The notes: generated from the letters alone by a model not told the origin. Shown: positions 1 through 17,791, numbered from the stretch's first letter. The stretch: DNA of 64,000 nt from Psilocybe cubensis (GCA_017499595.2 CM039000.1:2356001-2420000); one strand, 5' to 3'. Numbers and translations are program-made.

Positions 1-111
1 ATTGCAAGTGAGAAAGTTGATGTGGAGTGAAGAGTTGATTACATAATAGCAGGACAAGTTGCAAGCAACGAGTGTGATGATCGTTGGACGTGCACCTGGA
101 CAACACCGTCA

Positions 112-2288
112 ATGGGCTGGCTTTCCTCTTTGTTCTCAAACGACTCCTCCCAGCGCTCCCGGAAGAGCCAGGCTTTCACCTCCACCCACGATGCCTTTTC
201 TCTACCCACCTCTTCCCCCGTATTCAACCCTCACCCAGACGCTTTCAATCCAGACACCCTAGTCTCCCCCTCGCCCCTCTCTGCGCGCACACCCACCGCG
301 TATACGTATCCACCCCAGGGCACAATAGGCTATGGATATGCACCTCCTTCGTAAGTCTTCTACCCTGGCGCGGTTGTGTGCAGTGACTTCATTCTTTGAG
401 ACATAGCTCCGCCTTTGGTCCCCGACCCGCATCGTCATCTTTGCTGCCCACACATATGGACCAACTGCATACCCCTCTTACTTCAAGTCAGGGATACCCA
501 CCCTTGTCTAAAACCTGGGCACGCATCCGCTCCTGGCTGAACAGGGAGTACCCCGAGCTTGGGGACACGCTAAACTACGGCATCCTGCCTCAGGAACTGG
601 CGGAAATCGAAATGCAGTTCGGCTTCGCGCTGCCTTCCGTCGTGCGCGAGTCGTATCTCTGTGTAGATGGCCAGGAGGCCGAATCAGCGGCTGGATGCTC
701 AGAGGGGCTGTTCTTCGGATTGACACTTTTGCCTTTGGAGAGCGTGTTGGAGGAGTGGAGATTTTGGCGAGAAGTAGACAATGATCCCAGCACAGGTGCA
801 AACGATGCACTGCGCCAATCCATGCAGTCAATACCCCCCGACTGGATACGCAGAGAATATTCGCAACGCGGTTGGATCCCCCTCGTTGCCGATAAAGCAG
901 GTAATTATCTCGGCATCGACCTCAATCCTGCCGAGCAAGGCCAAGTCGGTCAGGTCATTGTGTTCGGACGGGATTTCGATACCAAGGTCGTTCTCTGGAA
1001 TGGCGATGGTCTTACTGGATGGGCGAAATGGCTAGCAGCATTTGCAGAAGAACTTGAGAGTGGTGAAGGATTTGAGATCGGGGCAACAGATGCCAGTGAA
1101 GGAAGTGAGGATGAAGTGGGCTATGAAAGCTATTTTTACGATGGTCATGGTCGGGGACAAGGAGACGGAGGTGGAGATACTGGTTCTGGGGGTGGTCTAC
1201 GTTACACCGGTGAATATCGTGGTTGGAACGTGTTGGAAGCATGGGCGGATCGGAGTCTGCGAAGATGGCATGAAGCCGGTGTCATCTCAGCGGATATAAT
1301 GGCGCCTGTCGCAGAGGACGTTAGAAGGGCGAGTCCTTTTTAATTCGCTCTTGATCAAGTCTAATTCTATGGTAAACAGGATGATAGACAAGAGCTAGAC
1401 ATAGTCGAGCTCAGTATGCAAGGGCCTGGTGCCGTTGAAGTCGCTATCCCTGTCCTCACAGAGACTTCTGAGGCAATTCCCCGTCCTACACCTGAAGCTC
1501 TCGGTCATCATTCTGGCCAAGCAGGCCCTTCTAATCGTACAGAACCGGTCCCAACTATCTCAGTTACTAAACCTCCTGCACCCCTACCTGTTACTCTTCC
1601 AACTGCTTCAGACATCGCACCACTACCCTCACCTCCTAATTCTGCCCATTCTTCCCTAGAAGATTTAGAGTCGGGACGTATCAACGGACTACACGGTTAT
1701 TCAGAAGATGTCGGCCTAGTAAGCTCTACAAGAAGAGTGGGCAAATCAAAATCCCCTATTCGACGCGAAACATCAGAAACTACTGGTTCTGCTCTTCCTT
1801 TGTCATCATCACCACCACTTCTGCCATCTACACCTCCTAAAACGGCTTCCCCACCACCAATTATCCCTGATCTTCTCGCTGACCTAAGTCCTGAACTATC
1901 AACACAATCTTTTAAACCATTGTCAGAAGTTTATTCAGAAGAACTGTCGAAGGCATCAGAAATGAAGTTGGATGCTGCTGAAGTCACACCGGAGGAGGAG
2001 AAAGAACTGGACACCACGATCAGATTAGTTGGCGGAGGAGGACAGTCTGGAATTGTCAACCAAAATTCTATCGTCTCTTCTCCTGTGGAGGAAGTGGTAG
2101 AGCCTGTTCCTGACAGTGATGTAGTCTCCGTAAACTCGGTCACCTCGCCTGAAGTCGAGGCTAAGAAGGGAGAAAAGAAACACAAAAAGAACAAGAGCAG
2201 TCTAGCTAATCTCAAACGATTAAGCCACCTTGGGAACAAGAAGAAATCCGATTCAACAACCAACTTGAACGAACTAGTTTCTCCCTAA
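112..2288 (+). CDS. SMI1: SMI1/KNR4-family cell wall assembly regulator (3 exons)
   Basis: Knr4/Smi1 core motifs: 'WARIRSWL..EYPELGDTLNYG', 'LP..VRESYLCVDGQE', 'WIPLVADKAGNYLGIDLNP...GQVIVFGRDFDTK'. Introns 351-406 (GT-AG) and 1329-1379 (GC-AG) join ORFs 112, 396 and 1416 in frame. Low-complexity C-terminal tail. Confidence 0.9.
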
Positions 2289-2778
2289 TAGCTTTCGGGC
2301 GAAATTGCATTTCTTTTTCATTTCTTAAATTTTTATTTTTTCTTTCATTTCTATCCATATGCTTGGTTTTTGTCAACGGGGTTGTTTCTTTGGCAAGAAG
2401 TGTTTTCACACTCGTCACTTGTTTAATTTTCGAACGTTGGACAACGATTTAGTCACCTCTGCATCATCCTCATTAGTACAGCTCGTTAATCACTCAAGGC
2501 CATATTTCATTCGTGTACGCTTTGCATTTTTTGATTTCTCGTATACCCCTACCCAATTAAACACCTCAAGTTGCTTTCCTTCCTATGACAGACCAATGCC
2601 AGTCTTCTAATATACAGCTTTCAAAGTCGTAAAGGGGTCGCATGATTGATCACGTGACATTGATAGGTGTAAAGTCGCGTGTTCATTGTTCGGTTGATTT
2701 TGGGACTTGTCAGAGTAAAAGTTCAAGTTCTTTCAACATTTACGACCTACCCGCTCGTTCGCGGGTTTCCCTCCAACG

Positions 2779-5251
<2,473 letters not shown>

Positions 5252-5608
5252 TCGAACAATCTTCTAAGATCTTACAGACTCTGCTTTTGTCTATTTTTGT
5301 AGCTCTCGAACATTTTCCGCTTGCGTGCACTCGCTTCCATCTACCATTTTTCTGGATAGATTTGCTATTAATATACCTTTATACCTCTTTGTTTGTTATG
5401 GGAGACAAGCCATTGCTCACGTTGGAACGAATGCCAGAATTTAAATGTATTGCGATTGGTGGGTATCGTGGATTGTTAGGTGGAGACTATGTGAGTATGA
5501 TACAGCAACGTCTAAAAAGCATGATCGAAAGCATGAATGGCTAAGAGTGAGAAAACAGAGATGGAAAAGAAGGATCTGATGCGTCGTGATAATTATTATG
5601 CTAAATGT

Positions 5609-7744
5609 TCAACTTCTCGTGTTGGATGCTTTTCCGGTCGAAGCTTTCTTCCATATCACAAAATCATCCAAAAGTGTAGGCCACGCCTTAAAATGATGGT
5701 CACAAAAATAAGTGGGACGGAATACATTGGTGCCAATTGAATAGATATACTGACCCCGTCTGCTTCGTAATCTTCGAGTGATGGTGATACAGTTTCACAG
5801 AATTCTAACATCTTTAAAAGATAAGAAGAGAGTATAATCAATGACGCGTTCGATCCAAGAATCATGAGAAGCAACAAACCATGCTCCAAAGATCTTTGTT
5901 GGTAGCTTTGTACGTGCCCTTTTCCTATCATTCATCGTAAAATTGACGTGATGCAAGGAGTGAAAGAACAGAAATAACGACTCACTGTGATAAATTTGAT
6001 AACATCCTCCATTATCGGGTACTTTGGAGCAAGAAGGACGGTCCAGAAAGCCATGGAAGTCTGAGAATCCAACATAAGCATGTTACACGCAAAGATAGAG
6101 GTGAGAAACTTCACCTCCATGTCTATGTTTTTGGATGTTCTATCATACGCCAGGTAGAGGGTCAATGTGATTATTGTCAAGACCATAAAAAGAATGCCGA
6201 AAACGCGTACTCTGGTTTGACAAGGGTAAACGAGAAGAGGTACAATTTCTGGAAGGCGGCCTTGACATTCGTAGAGTAGGCGAAATAAGACGCCCGGTCG
6301 TAATCTTGATTGTTAGATCCAAGAACAATTGGTGGTTTCCCTTGCATTAAAAGATCATCCAGTTCTGCAATAGCCGTGGAAATCTGTGAGATGGAAGAGG
6401 CTCTTTAATGGGAAAGATGTTGAACATTTAATGTACAGTGGAAGGGTGGAGAATACGCACTTGAGGGTACCAGTCCCTTTAATCCACTCATCCTTCGATA
6501 TTTTGGCCATATCCTTCGCTCCCATTTGCCATGCAAATATGATAGGACGTGGACCGTCTAATGGCATATCAGCATCTGTGCATATTCGCTCGAATCCCTC
6601 GGGCCCAATGACATCGGCGTTGTCAGAGTCAGCGTAATCGTCAAACAGTTCGAGAGCGCGCTGCGGAGAGTACACTTCTGCTTTGGTCGGTTTCTTGGGA
6701 ACTGGTGGGGGCTTAGCAGTCGCTATGGGCGCAGGCTCTATTGACCCTCTTGTATCAATATGCTTAAAGGGTATTTCCTGTTCGTGTGGGCATTAAAACG
6801 ACACGATCGCGAATCCGACAACTAACACGCTTGCCTTGATTGACGAGGGCTTACCGATTGTAGTGGGCTCATCGACACTGTGGGCGCTTTTTACGTGGTT
6901 AGAAGAGCAGCAAAACAAGGATGAAAAGTGCATGAGTGGTTCATCCACACACACAAATTCTGGGAAGTGTGCTTAAAGGCAAGACGTATGCGAGTACGCC
7001 GCTATTCGTTAAAACGACACGTGAGTCGTTATGACTTCAGCGGCAACACCAGGCTGTCGAAAGGAAGACAGAACCTTGGCACTGCCCACACTTGCCACGA
7101 ACAGCATTGACCGACATGCATGTTACGTAATCCATTTCTGTTTTCGGAGGGTACTCCAAAGACGTAATGAAATGGGCGAGATGCAATCCGAAAAAACATG
7201 ATCGCGGAAAGAAGAGCAATGTGCGCAAATGTGGGGGGGGTGCATATGTGATTTGAGCCGCATAAACCAAGGCTAACGGCGGAATAAAAATAGAAAGCAA
7301 ACCACAACGGAAAATCTGTTAAAAAACTGTGCCACTTACACTTTGGACTTGCGAGTCGTGGTTTTTCGTGTGCTTGCCGTCGTTTTCGCCCTTTTATTGG
7401 GTGTGGTGGTCTAGAAGGGAGGTATGCTCTAAGTTGATTGCGAGCCACATGTCTGAGAATAGTGACCCACTTCTATTTCATGCTCACTGCCACGAGAACT
7501 CTGTCAGACAAATAGACTAAATGAAAGTATTAACAGCACTAACGTGGCGCCCGAGTGTGTGGCTTTCCTAGAACTCGAAGGCGCGCTGTCTTTAGCCGTA
7601 TTTTTAGCAGTGGTGGATTTGCTAGCTGCCCGTGTGGAACGCGTCGAAGAGGCCACAGAGGCCGAGTCATCTGTATGTTTTCGCTGCGAAGATGATGAGA
7701 CTTGAATTGAAATAGAGCGGCAGAGAGCGGACCTTTGGAGCCAT
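5609..7744 (-). CDS. DCN1: DCN1-like (defective in cullin neddylation) protein
   Basis: PONY-domain motifs 'LFDDYADSDNADVIGPEGFERICTD', 'SKNIDMETSMAFWTVLL', 'DYEADGAWPTLLDDFVIW'. Basic, low-complexity N-terminus 'MAPKRKH...' built from small exons. One 453-nt intron (6887-7339). Confidence 0.85.
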
Positions 7745-7918
7745 ATAGAAAATGCAGTTGAGTGGTAGTGGAGGTGCAGGAGAAAATGAGGCAGCGGGTG
7801 AGTGTCGAGGACGCGACTTTGAATTTGCAAGGCCGCGTGACTTGTGACTTGGCACTCTTAATTACGAGTCCGGATGTCCGCGCCGGGACACTTTATTGCT
7901 CTCTTCCACTCGTCCCAA

Positions 7919-8623
7919 ATGCCAGGCGAAATTTTCAATCCAAATCCCGTCGTCTTTTCGACTTCAAAGTCGGCAGCCAGGCAGTCGGATCTATTAGCCC
8001 ATTCGCTCTGGGTAACCGATTCCTCTCAGTCCGAGGATGAAGCGGATGATGTCGAGCCAATTGATCAGGATGAGATCTATGGTAACTAGCCCCTAGACTT
8101 CCCTTTTCTCTCCTTTTAATGAATGTCTTTTTGGCCTTATAGATCTGATTCGCTCTATCTACGACCCCGAGCATCCAAATACCTTGGAGGAACTTCGCGT
8201 TGTATCAGCGCCCCAAGTAACCGTAGGACCCAATTCCGTCAAGGTTGAGTTTACACCGACGGTACCGCATTGTGGGATGTCTACTCTGATTGGTGCGCCT
8301 CAGCATTCTGCCTTTCCCTTGAACCGTGTATAACTATATGCGCTTGGTCACTCACAGGTCTCTGTATTCGGGTTCGCCTTTTGAGAAGCCTGCCCGAACG
8401 TTTCAAAGTAGATATTTTCGTGAAACCCGGGTCACATCAAAGCGAAAACGCAGGTATGTGGCACACAAGTATTCTTGTTGCATATCACGGATTCATGGTA
8501 AATTCACAAGTCAACAAACAACTTAACGACAAGGAAAGAGTCGCCGCAGCCCTTGAGAATCCGGTTCTCCTCGATACTGTCGAACAATGTCTGTCCAATG
8601 TCGGCGCTCGGGGAATCGTTTAA
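7919..8623 (+). CDS. CIA2: MIP18/CIA2 (FAM96) cytosolic Fe-S assembly protein
   Basis: '[21 protein letters not shown]', '[28 protein letters not shown]', '[18 protein letters not shown]'. Divergent from DCN1 with about 175 bp between ATGs. Confidence 0.92.
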
Positions 8624-9188
8624 TTATGAATGGACATTATATGACTCGGACGGACTTTACTTTACTGTCGCTATGTATCTATAGAATTATATACACAATC
8701 AATCAATGTACACTGTCAAATACACATGCAGAGTAACGAGTGCTGGTATCCTTGGTTGATGAGGTATCTTGGAACAAGTCTTCCACCGTTGCGTTTCAGG
8801 TTGGAGACCATATCTCAACCTGGGCAACGATCCTAGTTGAGAATTACGCATCTTGATTGCTAGCTGCGAGAAAAGATGCCATAAACGATCGTCATAAGGC
8901 GAAATCATGATTTGGTCATGGTCTAGGGGTCCACGATACAGCGGTTTATATAAAGCTACAGGGTGCGTAATGATACGTAAAGCAGGATGAAGACTAGGGC
9001 TACAGAACCAGCGAGGGTTATAAGAGTGGTATGAGGAGAACGAATAATGGGAATGCAGTGATGATGAGTGAAAATATGCGGTGAATGCGAGCTGTCGAAG
9101 AGACAGTGTCCATAATAAAATGCAAATGGAAGACGAATAAGAAGTATGATATGATCAAGTGTGAAAGGAGAAACGAGGAAAAATCAAA

Positions 9189-9956
9189 TCAGTCCTTGAG
9201 AAGGAAGTCCCAGTCGATGGCCGTCTCCGGCGCCTTGCGGGCACAGCTGAACATTCTCTTCAGAGATTCTTTATGGGTATTTTCAGGACTGCAGGTTCGA
9301 ACATCCCACATTCTAAAGGAAACACGGCCTTGGGTAACGACGTAAACCTCGTCTTCGCTGTAGATCTCCTCATCGTCCTGCTCGTTGATGCGCACGTTTC
9401 GAAGAATTCGGTTGACGAAGCCAGCGGAAAAGGTTGGCTTCCCTGATGCCTGGATCCTGCCCTTGAAGTCGGATGGTAGCCAGATAGTGACATCTGATGT
9501 CTCTGCAAAGACCTCGAGATAGAATTTGGAACGAAGAAAGTTGCGGCACTGATGAACCCGAAATTAGCATGTGCAGTGCATGCGACAGAAAAACAGAACA
9601 GACCACTTTTAGCTTTATGGGGGCGCTGTCATTTGTCACCAGCATCGACATGCGATGCTCTACGGGCTGGTTACGTGCGCGATAGTGGGGCAGAATGAGA
9701 GAAAGGTCGAGAGGCGACTTTGCAGACTCTACATGAAAGTCCCAGTCCGAGTCACCGTGGTATTTGACCTTGTGGGTGCCTGTGGTCTGAACGTGATCCA
9801 GCTAGATGAAAAGTCAGAAAATGGGGGAAGGGCGAATCGCGCTGCAGAAGCATACCAGCGTCGATTGCTCGAAGGAGAGCTAAAATGACAGAGATCAGCG
9901 GCTGGAGGAGAATTAAAAGGAGAAGAGAAACAGACCGTAGAATGTGAGGAGGCCAT
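9189..9956 (-). CDS. Uncharacterised fungal protein (5 exons)
   Basis: Four GT-AG introns give one open frame: MASSHSTLSFEQSTLLDHVQTTGTHKVKYHGDSDWDFHPVEHRMSMLVTNDSAPIKLKVCRNFLRSKFYLEVFAETSDVTIWLPSDFKGRIQ...AIDWDFLLKD*. Confidence 0.7.
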
Positions 9957-10726
9957 TAGGGGGAAAATAGAGAAAAAAAATAGAGCTAGGAAGAGATATA
10001 GAGGAGGAGGGCCAGGGCAGCAATGGAGCGGGGACGAGTGTGCGATGTGAGTTTTAATAGGACACCTTTGTACCGAATTAAGGACAAGACCAGATCGGCC
10101 GCCACGTGGGTTTAACATGGCTTACAACACTTTCTAATTTCGGACACTATCATCCCTGACAACCGCTCTACTAGTAACTACTCCTCGCGAACATGGCTCA
10201 TCTCCCCATATCCTCCTCAGCACTTTATTTACCCTTCAACGGCCGCTAGAGAACAACGACCTCACTCAGAGGTCCGCCATTCTATCCATGATCGGAAACA
10301 CCGGTCCCAGACGCCTCTGGAATGCTAACTTGCATCAAAGTCCCGACTCCCTGTTCCTGGAGATCCATACTCTATGCGAAAATCATCCACTTAATTTTCA
10401 TTTTCCTACTGCACGCGCTCGACGCTCACGTTCTCATCCGTGGCTGTATTACTTGGTGAAACCTTGTGCATTTGACCGAGTCTCCGTTCACAAAAAGTGT
10501 GCCTCAAGCGGAAATTGAGAGACCCTTGTTCGAAGCATAGTGCGTGGTGTCCTTGCTGCCCCGATGTGACCGTACGGATGAAGAACCCGGGCTTGCAGTT
10601 TAGGGTGTTTTGTATTTCAAATAGTTCCAATCTTGATGAAGGTACTATGTGCAACTCAAACATTCCCATTATGACCGTGATATAATATACAAAAGAGTAC
10701 GAAATATTTGTACGAGCGCCATAGGT

Positions 10727-12302
10727 TTATTCATCCTCCGATGTAATCTCAGTGGCATCGCCTGGTGCTGTGGAAGACGAAGTTGGTAGTGGTAGTGGTG
10801 ATGAGGTATCAATTGTGACCGAGGCATCTTCACCTGCTTTCTTCGGACGGGCGGCCTCGACAAGTTTTGCGAATTCCATCTTTTGTTCTTTCTGAATACA
10901 TTTCGGGTGAGTTGATCGGTTTGACAGAAGGGCAAGCCATAATGTGTAGTCCGAACCTGGTATGCTTTCACATCGGCAATGACTGTTTTCTTCTTCTTCG
11001 CATTCTCTGTCTCCCATCGTTTCAGATCCTTCCGAAGGTCAGCTTTCGTTTTTCGATTTGGCTTTGACTTGTCTAAATTAGAGTTGTACAATACTATCCA
11101 TCTGCATATCACGGCATTGGTGAGCAGGTTATTTTTTGCGCTGAGAAAGGGTGAACACGTACTGTCGATGGCGTTGTTCCCAATTTGACCTGTTTCCCGT
11201 AATTGGTAGCTCTTGCTCGACAAGCATGTCTTTCAGCTGCCTGTCTTTCAGAGTGTTGTATGTAGTAAGCGGAAGGGGGTATTCATCATCACTATTAGAT
11301 TCCTTCTTCCTGCGTGACACTTGTGGGTATCTCTGAAAAGTCAAGTCAGAGGACCTTGTTACTTACTTGTGTTTTCCTTTCTGTTGTCCATTCTTGCTAC
11401 CTCCCAAAAGTAGTGACCACGATTTTGCCGCAGAGTCGTTTTTGCATTTATTGTCCATATGGCCATTAAGCTCGCGGTAAACAATTTTCTTTGTGCACAA
11501 AGGGCACTCGACGAGGTCTTCGGCTAGAGGGTTCACATAGAATATGATATTTTAAGAAACAAGATATAATGATATAATGAACAGACCCACCCCTCGGAGC
11601 AAACTTTAACGCCTGGGGTTTCGAATCTTCTTCGGATTCTGAGCTCGAAATCACATTGACTTCTGCATTACCTTCCCTTTTTGTTCTAGGTTTCTTTACC
11701 ACTTTCGAAGGTGACTTTGCCTTCAGGGTACGAGTTGGAGAGGAAATATCACGATTCGATGGACCTGGGGTATTTCCTGGTATAGAGCTGGAACTAGAAG
11801 GGTTTTCACTTGATCGTTTCCGTTTACGAGACGCTTCTTTCTCTCCAACACGCTCGGTTTCACGTTTTGTCAACCCTAGCACAAACGGCCTGATAATCGA
11901 CACAGTGTGGTGTCAGGCAGTGAATAAACCAAGTTTCATATTCGTCACGGACCTTGCTTCCTTCCATGCAGATATAACATCTTCTAAAACAGGGTTGGGT
12001 CGTATATGAACCTCATTGGCAGACTTTCGACATGTTGGGCATTCCTGCTTGTTAAGCAGGCAGTTCCTGATGCACTGGTAGAGTCCCGCTGATGATGAGT
12101 TGCAGTGTCATATTTGGGAAATCAAAAACACAACACTCACTGCCGAGCAGAAACAATGTCCACATGCAATGGTCACCGGTCCATCATATAGTTCCCCACA
12201 TATATCACACCGGAATGAGCCATCGAGGGTTCGTAGACCTGGAGCAATAGCCTGAGGCGGGAAATCTGTGGGGTCTGGGACGTCTTCAGATAGAAAGTTC
12301 AT
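10727..12302 (-). CDS. RAD18: RAD18 postreplication-repair E3 ubiquitin ligase
   Basis: C3HC4 RING 'CDICGELYDGPVTIACGHCFCSACIRNCLLNKQECPTC', UBZ finger 'VECPLCTKKIVYRELNGHMDNKC', SAP domain 'LKDRQLKDMLVEQELPITGNRSNWEQRH'. Confidence 0.92.
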
Positions 12303-12497
12303 GCTTGAAAGTTAAAAGCAGCTATATTGATGCCTAGATAGATTGTAATGTGTGGTAGTCTGTTAGAAGTCCCAGCAAAATAGCATTCCAGGTCCTTTGG
12401 ATGTGTGTCGAGCTTGCAACAATCAAACGCCACGGCGCGTGCAATGCCGTGGGTCAGACATCAGAGTCGTGAACGTAACGTCACGAGGTTGTCACAT

Positions 12498-12503
12498 ACG
12501 CGT
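12498..12503. promoter_or_regulatory. MCB-like element (ACGCGT) upstream of RAD18
   Basis: Exact ACGCGT about 195 bp upstream of the RAD18 ATG, within a cluster of CGTGAC/GTCACG motifs. MCB elements drive G1/S genes in ascomycete yeasts; function here is inferred. Confidence 0.35.
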
Positions 12504-13689
12504 TCAGAGCGTGACTCTAGCGTGACCCTGATACACTTCGGCGTAATCAATCGAACAGCACATGCAACTTGCCCTTGCTTTTTGCTTTCACTAACCTTCC
12601 GACGCGCTGTATCGAACCTTTCCATATTTTTTGGAAACCGAATATCCTCTCGGATTATCTTCTCATCTTTTCTATTCTGCGGACTAAATGTTTAAGCTTG
12701 ATACTCGGAGAAGTCTGTTCCCGTGCTCTGATCAAAGTGGACGCAACCTTCAATATACCCCGCTAGTCAGTTTGGGATACATGGCGCGACCCCAAGCTGG
12801 CTTGACCTGTCGACACCATCGCTTGGCAAGCCTATACAATTGAAGGCGGTCCGTGACCGGTGCTGGTGGGTACTGAATGTTTCCCCAGGTTACCCCATGC
12901 TTCCATTCGTAACCCCCAGATGGTATTTCAGAAGCAGACACTTCACGTAGAAGGACGTTTGGTTTGCTGTGGTGTCACACCCTGTACTTCTGTAGGCGCC
13001 CATTCAACTTTGACTAGCTTCTAGGCTATTCATATCTCACAAGAGAATTTGTATTGGACGGCGATAATGTTGCAACCTTAAACATACTAAAGAACGGACA
13101 TCACAGGATATGATGGAAACGCTTCTTTTCAACGCTTGCAATGGAAGCTGTCCCGAGACAACTTCCGCGAAAGTCCTTTCTTGGCAACTGTGCTTAAAAT
13201 AACTCGTGGACAAACAATTCGAAGAGAGGTTGTCTGTCTAAGACTACACCTTAAATTCTCATGCACTTCGAAGATGACAGGTATCCTGTCGATATTCCGC
13301 TGCTCTGACTCTCGCATGGCAAATTTTAGTCAATTTTGTCAACCACACTCAAGTTTGTGAGTTACTGAGTAAGTGACTGCCTAATGTCCTCTTGGCCAAA
13401 CTTGGCACGCATCGTCTATTGCCTACCCCGCCTGACTTCTTCTGTGATGAAATATGTGTTGCAAAACACGCGGATTTATACGAGAAAATGCGAAGTTCAA
13501 CCGTCTCTATGGAAGAGCTTTTCTCCATAGCCCAATCACTTTGTAGCTGGTGTTTACTGTGGCTCCTATGCCTGGATCCCCTGACCATCATCTAACTCGA
13601 AATTTCGGATTAATTCCTATCCGTTCTGTAATAAAAAGAGGAATTCCAGCCATGCAAACGACATCGCATTCTGTTTCTTGTCGTTTACC

Positions 13690-15826
<2,137 letters not shown>

Positions 15827-16070
15827 ATTTTCGGGTGCGCCAATGCCACTGGCGAAAGACCTGATCTTTGCATGTTATGATTATTAAAATGACGTAGTTA
15901 CAGCTGTGTAGTAAAGTGAACCCTACGATACAAAAAAAATCGTTTCAGAATTGATGCAAGGTTTGAAGAGAATAAGCAGAACTGGATCAGCACATCCAAC
16001 AGTTGTCGTCGACTGCTGTCGGATATTACATCTGGATACATGGTTGAGATACCCAGCATTTGCACATATG

Positions 16071-17791
16071 CTAGGAATGGGGCTCCAATGCCTTCTCTTC
16101 CTCCGTTTCTTTCTGAATAGCATCAAGATTCAGAGCTTTGGTACGCCAGCGCTTCCAAACGATCCAAACAAGGAAGACCAAAATGGTTAGAGGTATCGTT
16201 ATGGCTAAAAAAATCCACCACTGCGGTGAAACTACAAGATTACCGGGCCTTGTATCTCCAGGTGCGTCAAAAAATACCATGCTAAACAGAGCCTAATATG
16301 CACGGGAAAAATCTTTGTGAGCAACAATTTCATAATGAAAAATGGTATACGCACGGATACGAATGTCCCTGGAAGGAAGAACATAGTAACAGCAGCCATC
16401 CTGATATATAGTTAATACATTGAATAAAATTGGTTTAACAAAAAGAAAATGTACGTGATCATAGACGAGCTGTCTTTCTGAGCGGCAGCTGCAATACCAG
16501 TCGTCAAACGTGCAATCTTCAAGTTGGTCCGGCTATCTTGCTGATTCTCGAGACTATATTCCAGGTCAATCTTCAGAGAGGCCCGGCCCTCCAAACTTGA
16601 CACCTCACGCATCGTTGAGTTTGCCTTTGATTTCAAAAGAGCCAGGGAGTCGTGTACAGAATTATCCAGACCATGATTGTGCACACCGTAAAGCTCCCTA
16701 TGTTGCTTTTGTGCGTTAATGACGTGATCGATTATCTCCAGCAACGCGCCGACAGTATCCTTGATAAAACGGACGTCACGGGCAACACGATGTAGCTCTG
16801 AAATGTTTTTGGCCTTCTGTTGTGTAAACACAATCCTTTCCTAAAGATCTATCAGTCATAACAGTAAAGAAGGAACATATAGAAACAAAAGCTTACAATA
16901 TTGAGGAGACTCTTTCGGGGGTCGATAACCATTGAATTGATTTCTGTTATTAGATGATTGAGAAGGAACGCATCGATTGAGAATGGGCGCAAAAGGATGC
17001 GGGGATTCGACCCTTCTATTGCACAGTAGCGTATGAGCTGAAATACTTCTTTGGGACACTGGTGTATAATGTAGTTTGTTGCTCTGTCATTCGAACCTAA
17101 ACCATACGAAAACCACGTATGTGTGGGTTTCCTGCCCTCTTTTTCTGAGCAATATTGATAGTAACCGTCTAGACACAAACAAGATCAGCGTGATTGATGT
17201 GCAAAACGCGTCCAAATCTTACCTATAACATTCGGCTTTCCTGTTGCTGCTCTTCGAGTAAACATGGCATTGCCAATTGTGAGGTAGGTTGCAGACGGAG
17301 CCTGATCGCGAAAGAATAGGGCGGGCACTTTGAGGTAGTGATGCATCAACAGGACTGTTTTATCGTTATCAACCCGTTTATTCGTAGGAACTTTGAAGTT
17401 GACAGGTGGTGGAACATATATCGAATCAGCGAAGCTGCAAGTCATCAAGAAAATGATATGCCTGAATACCAGAGAAGCTCGTACATTATGCGAAGGATTG
17501 GACCATTAGTTTCATCGAGCCTCAGGCAAAGATTCTGCGATGCAATCCTCAACCATGTTGTCACTACATCTTAGAGCCAACAAAGCGACTGACCTGATTT
17601 TTGCAATAACGTTCAAAAGCTTCATGGTTCATATCTTCCTGTATACGGGGAGCTTGGTTCTCGTACAGCTCAATGATGCACAAAGAAGTTGTTTTGGGCG
17701 TGTAGTCGTATAACCATGGGGTACCCTGCATCTTCACCATCATCTCCACCTCAGGATGGGAGAATACTTCGTGAATGTCCATTGCTGCCAT
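16071..17791 (-). CDS. CorA-like membrane protein (fungal family, two C-terminal TM helices)
   Basis: Long helical stalk then 'AAQKDSSSMITMAAVTMFFLPGTFVSALFSMVFFD...VSPQWWIFLAITIPLTILVFLVWIVWKRWR', the architecture of fungal CorA-like proteins. Confidence 0.75.

Noticed and set aside
1329..1415. Premature stop splitting SMI1 into two ORFs (pseudogene)
   Set aside because: The TAA at 1341 lies inside a 51-nt GC-AG intron with a CTAAT branch site, and splicing keeps the frame.
12560..13000. Small gene or ncRNA between RAD18 and the xylanase
   Set aside because: Only short ORFs on both strands, with no recognisable motif, consistent splice model or RNA family signature.
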